Assembly: GCA_002104905.1 (NCBI GenBank)
Contig: MCFE01000300.1
Coordinates: forward strand, 36,523 to 100,522
Direction of reading: 5' to 3'
DNA length: 64,000 bases
From: Basidiobolus meristosporus CBS 931.73
Lineage: Eukaryota; Fungi; Basidiobolomycota
The position numbers and the translations under genes are program-made. Below, one piece after another: positions 51,462-63,354 of the stretch. Within the stretch, counting starts at the first letter, position 1. Every line of letters begins with the position of its first letter. The notes below the pieces were generated by a model, which was not told the origin of the DNA, did no database searches, and saw nothing but the letters and a program-made list of their open reading frames with translations.

Positions 51462-52135
51462 ATATGGCAACTTTGCAAGTTTCACACTGAAAAGTTGTAA
51501 AGTCAAGGTGATAGAAGTATGCTCATTGTAGCAAGTGAGCATGTATTCAGAGGTTAATAAGCAGGTGGTGATAGTTTTTTTTCATTTGAGCTATATGTGG
51601 AATACCCAAAGTTGTAGTGGGTAACCAAATAGGGAGGGTTGACTCCCAATGTGGAATATCCAAAGTAGTAACAGGTAAGCAAATCAGAGGGGTGATTCTA
51701 CAGTGGGATATATGAATGGTGCTAGAGGAGGTAGAGAAAGGAAACACCATTTGGTAAATTGGTATAATAGCATTATACAGAACTAGCTGTAGGCCACCAT
51801 ACTGCTGTAATCATGCCAGCACAGGTCTGCAATGAGGCTGTCAGAGCACTGTCATGCTTCTTGCCATATAAGGCAATTGAATATATTGGCTGGTTAAGTC
51901 TGCTCAAATAAGTGCAGAGCACATTAGGAATGTCAGAATGCCATGCAATTCTTGTTAAAAGACAGCTAAATACTGTCAAATTTTTTACTTTATTTGGCAG
52001 TAAATTCACCAGAATGCCATTATAATCCTGCCATAAGATCATGTAGAGGGTCAATAATTCCAAGTTGCTATCATTGTGAAGACCTCATTGTGGGATCCTG
52101 ATGGTTGATCTGGATAGGATCCACCAGTGGGACCA
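51462..52135 (+). mobile_element. Family Y region downstream of the transposase
   Basis: Reverse-complement match to 39023-39640. Confidence 0.8.
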
Positions 52136-52139
52136 AATT

Positions 52140-52700
52140 ATCCTTCATAGTGCTTGTCAGCCACTACCTCCATATCCTCCATTATAGACAGAGTGGAGAT
52201 CCCACTGACAGGCAAAGCAACAGTGTCAAGAACTCAGCAGACTATCACAAAGCTTATATTGGAATTTTGAGACAGTGATAGACAGTCCAACAGGTGCATC
52301 ACTTCTTTAAGAGCAGTGCTCAAGAAAACACACTTGAATATTGTAAGGATTTATTGCAAAGACTGGCAGATGAGGTGCTGGACCTTGCAGTGCCAGCTGA
52401 AGCCTAGGATGTATGGGAACCAGTGAATAAACAGTGGCATAAAGCTGCAGAGTTCCTGCAAAAGCAATGGAAACAGAGCATTTCAACAGAAATACTTATT
52501 GGGTGGTGGATTTTAATGGAGTTACTTGCTGAGTGTGGGGTTGAGCTTTATGTTAGTGTTGGACAGAGGGACTATTATATGTCAGTACAACTGGCCATTG
52601 AGGTACAACTGAAGTTGCATCAGAAATAAACCAATCTGTATGCCTAAAATGTAAGAGAATTGGTTGAGTCAGGAAGTAATGAGTGTGAAAAATAGGCAAT
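52140..52700 (+). repeat. Family Z copy (disrupted ORF 52190-52629)
   Basis: Matches 44030-44575. Confidence 0.75.
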
Positions 52701-55700
52701 TGTTGTGAAAATTTGTAACTCCACCTAAATAATCACACATCATAGTCAGTTAGATCATTACCTTCAAGTCCTAGAGAATACTGACCAAATTCCTTGTTTG
52801 GATTTTCTTAGAATATTTTCTCCAAAATACCAGGTACCCAGAACACAAAAATCCTCAAAGTTGTCAAAATAGCCCCCAACTTTGCACACATGTTCTGGGG
52901 ACCTTTCATAGCCAATTCTATGTGTTTTTTATTCCAAGACCATGTAATAGTACAATTGCTACTCTTACATTCAATAAATCATTAAGTTAAAACCACATAA
53001 TCTACTTGTCCTCCCAATCTCTTGCAATATCTCCAAGACTCTGACAATAGGTTATGAGCCCCAAGCTGCCACTCTTTACAATGTCAACCAATGCTATTAC
53101 TGGAATTTTTCACTCTGCTGAAAAGTTGGATGGATCTAACTACCAAGTGTGGAAGGTGAAGATGAAGAAGCTGCTACAAGAAAGAGGCCTTTGGGATATT
53201 GTCATGGGAGAAGAATGCCCTCCTAAAAACGTGGGAGAGGAAGGCTTAAAGTACCAGTAGAAAGAACAAAGTGCCTTTAACTGCACTTGCCTTAATGTTA
53301 AAGACAAATTGCTAATTCAATGCTCAAGAGTAAAAACAGCAAAGAATGCCTGGAAGGCATTAGAAGACACCTACCAGTCACTTTCAGCTGCTAAGAAAAT
53401 GTATCTGAGACAAAAATTCTTTACTACAAAGATACAGCCAGGAGAAGAAATGAAAAATCTAATTGACCAAATTACCCTGCTGGTGGATGAAGTGGAATTT
53501 GTGGGCATACCAACTACTGATGAGGATGTGATAGTTACAATCCTGAATAGCCTGACAGACAGGCTTCAGGGCCTTGTATCAGCCCTAGAGTCCAGAACTG
53601 AAGATTTGACCTAAAATTACATATATGGAAGGCTGCTGAATGAAGAATTGGGAAAATCAAGCACCAATACAAAGGAAGAAGAAAATGCTTTGATAAGCAA
53701 TGATAACCAACAAAGGAGGTACCAAAGACCCTACAAAGGCAACAGCAATCTGTTTTGTAACTACTGCCAAAGGAAAGGACACACATCAGACTGGTGTCTC
53801 AAAAAGAGAGATAGTCAGCAAAAGAAGTCTGAACATGGAAATGCTGCAACAACTGAAGATAGACTATTCCTATCTGCACTAAATATGACCACAAACAAGG
53901 ATTCTTGGATGTGGTATATTGACTCTGGAGCATCTCAACACTTATAAACCAAAATGAGCTTTTTACCCAATATCAAGATATTCCAATAATGAAGGTTTTC
54001 ATGGGTGACAATAGAACACTTTATGCAGTGGGAGAAGGAACTATCCAAGTAAACCTTAGAAGCGGTGAATGAAGCCATACACTGACCTTTAAAGAAGTAC
54101 TCTGTGTACCAGAAATAGCCAAGAACCTACTCTCTGTAAGCAAGGCCACTGCAGAAGGACTCAGTTTCAGCTTTGACAATTCTGGATGCAAGATCACTGA
54201 TCAAAATGGTGCCCATATTGCTTTGGGTATCAGTGATCAGAATCTATACAAGTTGACTTATATTCCATCATATTTGAAAGCAAATATAAGTAACTTAAAT
54301 GAAGAAACACCAATGCTATGGCACAGGAGATTTGGGCATATCAATTTTTGATTATTTGTGCAAAATGATCCAAGATCAGCTAATTTCTGGAGTAAAAACT
54401 GATTCCCCAGCTAATTTGGAGCACTGTGAAGCCTGCATATATGGGAAATAAGCCAGACAACTGTTCAAGAGCTCTGGGTTGACCAAAACTAAGAAAATAT
54501 TAGATCTAACTCACTCAGATCTGGGTGGACCTATGCAAAATTTATCCTTAGGTGGGAGGAAGTATTTGATCACTTTTATTGGTGATTATGCAAGATACAC
54601 GTGGGTTTACTTCATGAAGAGAAAGGAAGAAGCTCTGTCTAAGTTCAGGGAGCTTAATGTCATGGTGGAGAGAGAAACTGGTGAAAAAATCATGAAAATA
54701 TGCTCTGACAATGATGGAGAATATACCTCAAAACTCTTAATCTGCTTCTGCAAAATTCATGGGATAAAGCAAGAGACTATTGTACCATACTCCTCACAGC
54801 AAAATGGAGTAGCAGAACATGCTGACAGATCAATAACTGATAGGGCAAGATCTATGATCCATGATCAATAATTATCCTATGATTTTTGGGCAGAATCAGT
54901 TGCTGCCGCTATAAACCTTAAAAATAGGAGTTATAACAGAATACTTTGTGATTCTACTCCATTTGAAGCATGGTATGGGTACAGACCAAGGGCAGAACAT
55001 CTAAGAATATTAGGGTATACAGCTAATGCCAAGAAACTGCCCGGAAATCAGTCAAAATTTGAGCCAAAAAGTGTAAAATGCATATTTTTGGGCTACTGCA
55101 ATGAGAGTTAAGCATACAGACTCTACAATACCAAAGCAAAGAAGTTTATCAAGTCCAGGGATGTGCTGTTTGATGAAAATTCAAAATTTTCACAAAAAAT
55201 GACATCCAATGATGACAAAAATCTGATCTAAAGTCCACCAATTGTCAGGATTGAATCATATCAAAATAATGAAGCTTTTTTCATTCCAGAGGACTGTACA
55301 ACCATGGTCCTGCCTGAAGCAGTGCCCTGGAATATCCCAGAAGTGATCATTCCAGCACCAAATGCCTGGAGATCCAATTGGACAAGAAATAGTCCAAATT
55401 ACAGTATCAATGAGGGTAGAAACTTAGCCTATGCCTAGTCAGTCCATATTGATGAACCCCAGACTGTAAAAGAGGCCTCAAATGGCCCTTGGAACAAGTT
55501 TTGGAGATCTGCAATGACTTAGGAATATCAGGCCTTGATGGAAAATCAAACTTGGGACTTGGTCAAATTACCAATCAACTAAAAATCAATTGGATGCAGA
55601 TGGGTCTTTGAGACAAAATACAAGGCTGATGGTACATTTGAAAGATACAAAGCAAGACTTGTGGCCAAAGGATACTTTCAAACAAAAGGACCTTACTATA

Positions 55701-57045
55701 CTGAGACCTTTGCACTGGTAGCCCAGTTTAATTCCATTAGATTAATATTGGCTATTGCAGCCAAATATAAGTTTTTTATTCATCAAATGGATGTAAAAAC
55801 TGCATTTTTGAATGGAGAACTTGATGAGGATGTGTAAATGGACCAGCCTGATGGGTTTGTTGACTAATATAACCACCATTTGGTCTGCAAGCTTAAAAAG
55901 TCTCCATATGGTCCTAAAAAATCACCAAGAGCCTGGAATTGCAAGATAGATTCTTATTTGGAATCTTTGAGTTTCAAAAGGAGTAATGCTGACTATAGTA
56001 TATACTTTAAGCCAGATAGAGCAAATCCTGCTCTATTAGCTCTATATGTGGATGATCTTATTATAGCCACCAATAACCTAGAAACATTGGAAGAGACTAA
56101 ATCCAGTCTATCTAAGGAGTTCAGGATGTCCAATCTAGGTGAACTCAGTTACTACTTGAAGATTAAGCTCTCCATAGACAGAAGTACCAAACTATCATCC
56201 TAAGCCAATCCAAGTATATTCAAGATATAATAAAGAAATTCCAAATGGAAGACTGTAAACCAGCAGCTACCCCAATGGAAACAAACCTTAACTTGGTCAA
56301 AACTCAACCAAATCAAGAGAGCTTGGTACCATCTGATAGCCCTGACATTCCTTATCAATCTATGATCTACAGTCTAATGTATATCATGCTTGGAACACGT
56401 CCAGATATCTCATATTCAGTGCAAGTTGTCAGCCAGCATAATCAGAACTATAGTTCTGATCATATTGCAGCAGTTAAGCAGATTTTTAGACACCTAAAAG
56501 GAACTGCTGATATCTGCTTAAGATACACTTATAAGGATTCAGAACAGGATCTTGTAGGATACTCTGATGCTGATTGGGGACAAAATTTGGAAGACAGAAG
56601 ATCCACCACAGGATACACCTTTCTTTACTGTAAAGGAGCAATTTCATGGAAATCAGAAAGCCACTAACCATAGCACTTTCTACCACAGAGGCAGAGTATA
56701 TGGCAGCCTGTAAAGCTACAAAGGAAGCAATGTGGTTGAGAAAGCTTTTTACAGATCTAGGTCTATATCAAAAAACACCTATTACATATTTCAAGATAAT
56801 CAAGGATGTATACAATTAGGTAGAAATCCAACTTTTCATGCTAGAAGCAAGCACATAGATATTAGATATCATTTCATACGTGAAGCTATAGAGAATAACT
56901 TAGTTAGCTTAGTTTACTGTCCTTCAGATGAAATGATTGCAGACATATTTACCAAACCATTAGCTAGAGACAAGTTTGAAGATCTTAGGTCAAAATTAGG
57001 ACTAGTCAGTATGAACATTTAGCTGAGTGGGAGTGTTGTAAAAAT
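52701..57045 (+). mobile_element. Ty1/copia family A, older full internal copy (5' LTR 52701-53049, 349 bp; 3' LTR reduced to 12 bp)
   Basis: PBS at 53050; gag-protease-integrase-RT-RNase H colinear with 59029-63354; PPT 57025-57033; many stops. Inserted into a family Z flank after GCAAT. Confidence 0.95.
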
Positions 57046-57745
57046 ATGTATGTGTGCAAAGCTTGGGGCTGCTTAGACAACTTTGAGAAATTTCATGTTC
57101 TGGGTACCTGGTATTTTGGTGAAAATATTCTAAATAAATCCCTGTAAGGGATTTAATCAGAACTCTCTAAGATTTGTTGGCAATGATCCCTAAGAAAAAA
57201 AATTGACTAAAGGCCAGCAAAATACTATCATAGTATCAGCTGAATTCCAAGTTTCTCAAAATTGACAACTCTCAAAATCTCTGTTCTCAGCTGATGGATA
57301 GGCAAGCAAACAGGTTGTCCAGGAGGAGACTAGGCAAACTAGCATCCATACCAGATTTAGCAATAAGCTGTCTATTACTTCCATCAAAAATTGCATTTGA
57401 AATTTTGAACCCAAAACACCCGCTGAATACCAGCAAAATGTCATCAGAATACCAGCAGAATACCAGCTCAAAATCAGACAAATTCCAAGTTTGAGATTTT
57501 TCATAGGGGATTGCAGTGACCAAGTTAGGTGTATTTAGGTCCAATTGCAGATTTCTACAATAATCCAAACAGTCCCAAACTTTGCACACATGCACTTTGG
57601 ATCTTCTGTAACATGTTCTTCAGGTTTAATTTGTCAGGTCAATGTAAAATATATAGACTACTTGACATGTAATAAGTCATTTAGTGAAAACCACACAATC
57701 CACAAGCTCTCCCAATCACTTCCAATATCTCCAAAAGTCTTTCAG
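57046..57745. repeat. Nest of old family-A LTRs: antisense partial LTR (57046-57562, containing a MITE) followed by the distal half of a sense LTR (57563-57745)
   Basis: About 70-80% similar by eye to the family A LTR in the respective orientations. Confidence 0.7.
57188..57508. mobile_element. 321-bp CMC/CACTA-type MITE, TIR CCCTAWGAAAAA, TSD GAT
   Basis: CCCTAAGAAAAA ... TTTTTCATAGGG. GAT at 57185-87 and 57509-11. The host LTR sequence resumes on both sides. Confidence 0.85.
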
Positions 57746-57926
57746 TAGTTACCAGCCATCATGTCATATTTTGATAGAATTCCTTCAATTATCTGAACCC
57801 TACTAATTGCAATAATTTGTTGCATTTATGCATTTGAATCAAGACATTGGCCAAGTGGCAAATCCAGTAGTCTAGGTGATGAAACCAAATGATTGCAACA
57901 GTATTGGCAATCCAGGATATGGGAGG

Positions 57927-58384
57927 TGTTGTGCATCAACATTTAAAACTTAGCCAATTTCACTCTGTTAGAAAATCTAGTACCCTAACATAACTAATCC
58001 CTGCTATGGTTTATTTTATCAGTTCTCAGAATCTATTTTTAGCTGTCACACCTGATCAACTTTTAAGTGGTCATTGCATCCTCAACTGATCTGCTAAGCC
58101 TTTCCAAAGGATTAGTCATCTGAGATCCATCCAACCACTTAGTAGTTGCCAAGACATCAGCTGTTTATGATGCAATTTTTCATTTATCTTATGCACCTAT
58201 CAACACCCAAACAGATTTCAATTAGTCCAGTCTCTTGGCACTTACTATTTCAACTTGATCAGAAAAATATCAATAAAGATTACTGAACCTTTTGGTTTAG
58301 TGTGTGTCTCAACAAAATTAAGATTGTGCCTCAGCAAAATTAAGAATTCAACAATTCCATTCTAGTTTCCACCCAAGCCTAGCA
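57927..58384 (+). repeat. LTR-like repeat, family W, preceded by purine-rich GGGAGG
   Basis: Matches 4299-4773 (reverse complement); TG...CA termini; internal AATAAA. Confidence 0.6.
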
Positions 58385-58925
58385 TATCTAGCATTCCCAA
58401 GAGCACCAAGCCAAGCCGGTATAGCAAACCAACTCTGTTGCCTTTATAGCCCAACTCAACTATATACAAAACCAATATTAGACCAGAACTTCTCTGCTAA
58501 TATTTCTGTCACCCTTGACAATTTTAAGATTCTGTGCTTAGTTGTCACTTAGGTTCAGTTAACTCATTCAAGAAATTTATTACACTTTTCTCTTGGATAT
58601 AACAGGAGGTACTGTCTAAGATTGAATGGAAAACAAAGTGACCTGCGAACCTGCTTTGGACATGAATAAATGTTTACAACTATGGCATTTCCTGTTGTAA
58701 AAATTTGTAATTCCACCTAAATATTCACCTAACTTAGTCACTTAGATCATTACCTTCAAATCCCAGAGAATACTGACCAAATTCCTTGTTGGGATTTACT
58801 TAGAATATTTACCCAGAACATGAAAATTCTCAAAGTTGTCCAAACAGCCCCAAACTTTGCACACATGTTCTTGGGACCTTCCTTAACCTATTCTACGTGT
58901 TTGTAATGCCAAGACCAGGTAAAAG

Positions 58926-58953
58926 TATAAATACTACTTTTACATTCAATAAA
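58926..58953 (+). promoter_or_regulatory. Candidate TATA box (58926) and AATAAA signal (58948) in the family A LTR
   Basis: Motifs are conserved in the better-preserved family A LTRs; function not shown. Confidence 0.45.
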
Positions 58954-59024
58954 TCATTAAGTGAAAACCACATAATCTACTTGTTCTCCCAATCACTTCC
59001 AGTATCTCCAAGACTCTTACAACA

Positions 59025-59040
59025 GGTTATGAGCCCCAAG
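59025..59040 (+). promoter_or_regulatory. Primer-binding site complementary to the tRNAiMet anticodon arm
   Basis: GGTTATGAGCCCC directly after the LTR CA, the Drosophila copia/Ty5-type half-tRNA priming signature. Confidence 0.9.
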
Positions 59041-62000
59041 CTGTCACTCTCTGCAATGCTTACTACTGCTATTACTGGAATTTTTCCCTCTGCTGAAAAG
59101 TTGGATGGATCTAACTACCAAGTGTGGAAGGTGAAGATGAAGATGCTGCTACAAGAAAGAGGCCTTTGGGATATTGTCATGGGAGAAGAATGCCCTCCTA
59201 AAAATGTGGGAGAGGAAGGCTTAAAGTACCAGAAGAAAGAATAAAGTGCCTTTAACTGCATTTGCCTTAATGTCAAGGATAAATTGCTAATTCAATGCTC
59301 AAGAGCAAAAACGGCAAAGAATGTCTGGAAGGCATTAGAAGACACCTACCAGTCATGTTCAGCTGCCAAGAAAATGTATCTGAGACAAAAATTCTTTACT
59401 ACAAAGATGCTGCCAGGAGAAGAAATGAAAAATCTAATTAACAGAATTACCATGTTGGTAGATGAGATGGAATCTGTGGGCGTACCAACTACTGATGAGG
59501 ATGTGATAGTTACCATCCTGAATAGCCTGACAGTTGAGTTTCAGGGCCTTGTATCATCCCTAGAGTCTAGAACTGAAGATTTGACCTAAAATTACATATA
59601 TGGAAGGCTCCTGGATGAAGAATTAAGAAAATCAAGCGCCAATAAGAAGAAAGAAGAAAATGCTTTAATAAGCAATGATAACCAACAAAGGAGGTACCCA
59701 AGACCCTACAAAGGCAGCAGCAACCTATTTTGCAACTACTGCAAAAGGAAAGGACACACATCAGACTGGTGTCTCAAAAAGAGAGATTATCAGCGAAAGA
59801 AGCCTGAATATGGAAATGCTGCAACAACTGAAGATAGACTATTCCTATCTGCACTAAATATGACCACAAACAAGGATTCTCAGACATGGTATTTTGACTC
59901 TGGAGCTTCTCAACACTTTACACACCAAAAAGAACTTTTTACCCTATATCAAGAAATTCCAATTAAGAAGGTTTTCATGGGTGACGATAGAACACTTGAT
60001 GCAGTGGGAGAAGGAACTATCCAAGTAAACCTTAGAAGCAGTGAAGGAAGCCATACACTGACCTTTCAAGAAGTACTCTATGTACCAGAAATAGCCAAGA
60101 ATCTACTCTCTGTAAGCAAGGCCACAGCAGAAGGACTCAGTTTCAGTTTTGACAATTCTGAATGCAGGATCACTGATCAAAATGGTGCCCATATTGCTTT
60201 GGGCATCAGAGATCAGAATCTATACAAGTTGACTTGTATTCCATCATATTTGGAAGCCAATATAAGTAACTTAAATGAAGAAACACCAATGCTTTGGCAC
60301 AGGAGATTTGGACACATCAATTTTGATTATTTGCGTAAAATGATCAAAGATCAGCTAATTTCTGTTGTAAGAGTCTTGGAGATACTGGAAGTGATTGGGA
60401 GAACAAGTAGATTATGTGGTTTTCACTTAATGATTTATTGAATGTAAAAGTAGTATTTATACTTTTACCTGGTCTTGGCATTACAAACACGTAGAATAGG
60501 TTAAGGAAGGTCCCAAGAACATGTGTGCAAAGTTTGGGGCTGTTTGGACAACTTTGAGAATTTTCATGTTCTGGGTACCTGGTATTTTGGTGAAAATATT
60601 CTAAGTAAATCCCAACAAGGAATTTGGTCAGTATTCTCTAGGACTTGAAGGTGATGATCTAAGTGACTAAGTTAGGTGAATATTTAGGTGGAAATACAAA
60701 TTTTTACAACAATTTCTGGAGTGAAAATTGATCCCCCAGCTAATTTGCAGCACTGTGAAGCCTGCATATATGGGAAACAAGCCAGACAACCGTTCAAGAG
60801 CTCTGGGTTAATCAAAACTAAGAAAAAATTAGATCTAATTTACTCAGATCTGTGTGGACCTATGCAAAACTTATCCTTAGGCAGGATGAAGTATTTAATC
60901 ACTTTTATTGATGATTATACAAGATACACATGGGTCTACTTCATGGAGAGAAAGGAAGAAGCTCTGTTTAAGCTCAGGGAGTTTAAAGCCATGGTGGAGA
61001 GAGAAACTGGTGAAAAAATCAAGAAAATACGCTCTGACAATGGTGGAGAATATACCTCAAAACTCTTCATCCACTTCTGCAAAATTCATGGGATAAAGCA
61101 AGAGACTACTGCACCATACTCCCCACAGCAAAATGGAGTAGTAGAACAAGCTAACAGATCAATAATTGATATGGCAAGATCTATGATCCATGATCAAAAA
61201 TTATCCTATGATTTTTGGGTGGAATCAGTTGCCACTGCTGTATACCTTAAAAATAGGAGTTATAACAGAATACTTTGTGATTCTACTCCATTTGAAGCAT
61301 GGTATGGATACAGACCAAGTGCAGAACATCTAAGAATATTTGGGTGTACAGCATATGCCAAAAAACTGGCCGGAAATCAGTCAAAATTTGAGCCAGAAAG
61401 TGTAAAATGCATATTTTTGGGCTACTGCAATGAGAGTAAGGCATACAGACTCTACAATACCAAAGCAAAGAAGCTTATCAAGTCCAGGGATGTGTTGTTT
61501 GATGAAAAATCAAAATTTTCACAAAAAATGGCATCAGATGATGACAAAAATTTGATCTCAAGTCCACCAATTGTCAGGATTGAATCAGAGCAAAACAATG
61601 AAAATTTTTTCACTCCAGAGGATTCTACAACCATGCTTCAGCCAGAATCAGTGCCCAGGAATATCCCAGAAGTGATCATTCCAGTATCAAATGCCCAGAG
61701 ATCAAATTGGACAAGAAATAGCCCAAATTACTATATCAATGAGGATACAAACTTAGCCTATGCCTATTCAGTCCATATTGATGAACCCCAGACTGTAAAA
61801 GAGGCCCTAAATAGCCCTCAGACAAAGTTTTGGAGATCTGCAATGACTGAGGAATATCAGGCACTGAGGGAAAACCAAACTTGGGACTTAGTCAAATTAC
61901 CAATCAACTGAAAATCAATTGGATGCAGATGGGTCTTCAAGACAAAATACAAGGCTGATGGTACAATTGAAAGATACAAAGCAAGACTTGTGGCCAAAGG

Positions 62001-63354
62001 ATACTTTCAAACAAAAGGACCTTACTATACTGAGACCTTTGCACCGGTAGCCAAGTTTAATTCCATCAGATTAATATTGGCTATTGCAGCCAAATATAAG
62101 TTTTTTATTCATCAAATGGATGTAAAAATTGCATTTTTGAATGGAGAACTTGATGAGGACGTGTATATGGACCAGCCTAATGGGTTTGTTGACCAAGATA
62201 ACCCCCATTTGGTCTGCAAGCTTAAAAAGTCACTATATGGTCTCCAACAATCACCAAGAGCCTGGAATTGCAAGATAGATTCTTATTTGGAATCTTTGAG
62301 TTTCAAAAGAAGTAATGCTAACTATAGTATATACTATAAGCCAGATAGAGCAAATCCAGTCCTATTAGCTCTATATGTGGATGATCTTATTATAGCCGCC
62401 AATAACCTAGAAACATTGGAAGAGACTAAATCCAGCCTATCTAAGGAGTTCAAGATGTCTGATTTAGGAGAGCTTAGTTACTACTTAGGGATTAAGTTCT
62501 CCATAGACAGAAGTACCCAGACTATCACCCTAAGCCAATCCAAGTATATTCAAGATATACTAAAGAAGTACAAAATGGAAGACTGTAAACCAGCAGCTAC
62601 CCCAATGGAGACAAACCTTAACTTGGTCAAAACTCAACCAAATCAAGAGAGCTTGGTGCCATCTGAAAGCCCTGACTTTCCTTATCAATCTATGGTTGGC
62701 AGTCTGATGTATATCATGCTTGGAACATGTCCAGATATCTCATATTCAGTGGGAGTTGTCAGCCAACATAATCAGAACTATAGATCTGATCATATTGCAG
62801 CAGTTAAGTGGATTTTTAGATACCTAAAAGGAACTGCTGATATCTGCTTAAGATATACATATAAGGATTCAGAACAGAACCTTGTGGGATACTCTGATGC
62901 TGATTGGGGACGAAATTTGGAAGACAGAAGATCCACCACAGGATACACCTTTCTTTACTGTAAAGGAGCAATTTCATGGAATTCAAGAAAGCAACCAACT
63001 CTAGCACTTTCTACTACAGAGGCAGAGTATATGGCAGCCTGTGAAGCTACAAAAGAAGCAATGTGGTTAAGAAAACTCTTTACAGATTTAGGCCTATGTC
63101 AAAAAATGCCTATTACTTTATTTCAAGATAATCAAGGATGTATACAATTAGGTAGAAATCCAACTTTTCATGCTAGAACCAAGCACATAGATATTAGACA
63201 TCATTTCATACGTGAAGCTATAGAGAATAACTTAGTTAGCTTAGTTTACTGTCCTACAGATGAAATGATTGCAGACATATTTACCAAACCATTAGCTAGA
63301 GACAAGTTTGAATATCTTAGGTCAAAATTAGGACTAGTCAGTATGAACATTTAG
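59029..63354 (+). pseudogene. gag-pol: Copia gag-pol in a single frame with three nonsense codons (59242, 59587, 61909) and a solo-LTR insertion
   Basis: CNYCKRKGHTSDWC; protease WYFDSGAS; LWHRRFGH...CEAC; integrase IDDYTR/SDNGGEY/PQQNGVVE; RT LYVDDLI; RNase H YSDADW/QDNQG. No frameshift. Confidence 0.96.
60363..60711 (-). repeat. 349-bp antisense solo LTR of family A inside pol, TSD ATTTC
   Basis: ATTTC at 60358-62 and 60712-16. The empty site CAGCTAATTTCTGGAGT is present at about 54377-54393 in the paralogue. Confidence 0.98.

Noticed and set aside
58897-59028. N-terminal ORF extension upstream of gag (also in ORF 231-596)
   Set aside because: It is an open frame running through the LTR from an alternative start. 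The plausible gag ATG is within the PBS at 59029.
59860-60441. Novel C-terminus on the protease ORF
   Set aside because: It is readthrough into the antisense solo LTR.
60363-60711. Solo LTR as progeny of its own host (U3 like the 3' LTR, R-U5 like the 5' LTR)
   Set aside because: It contains the 17 bp absent from both host LTRs. The pattern is explained by it being close to the family consensus.
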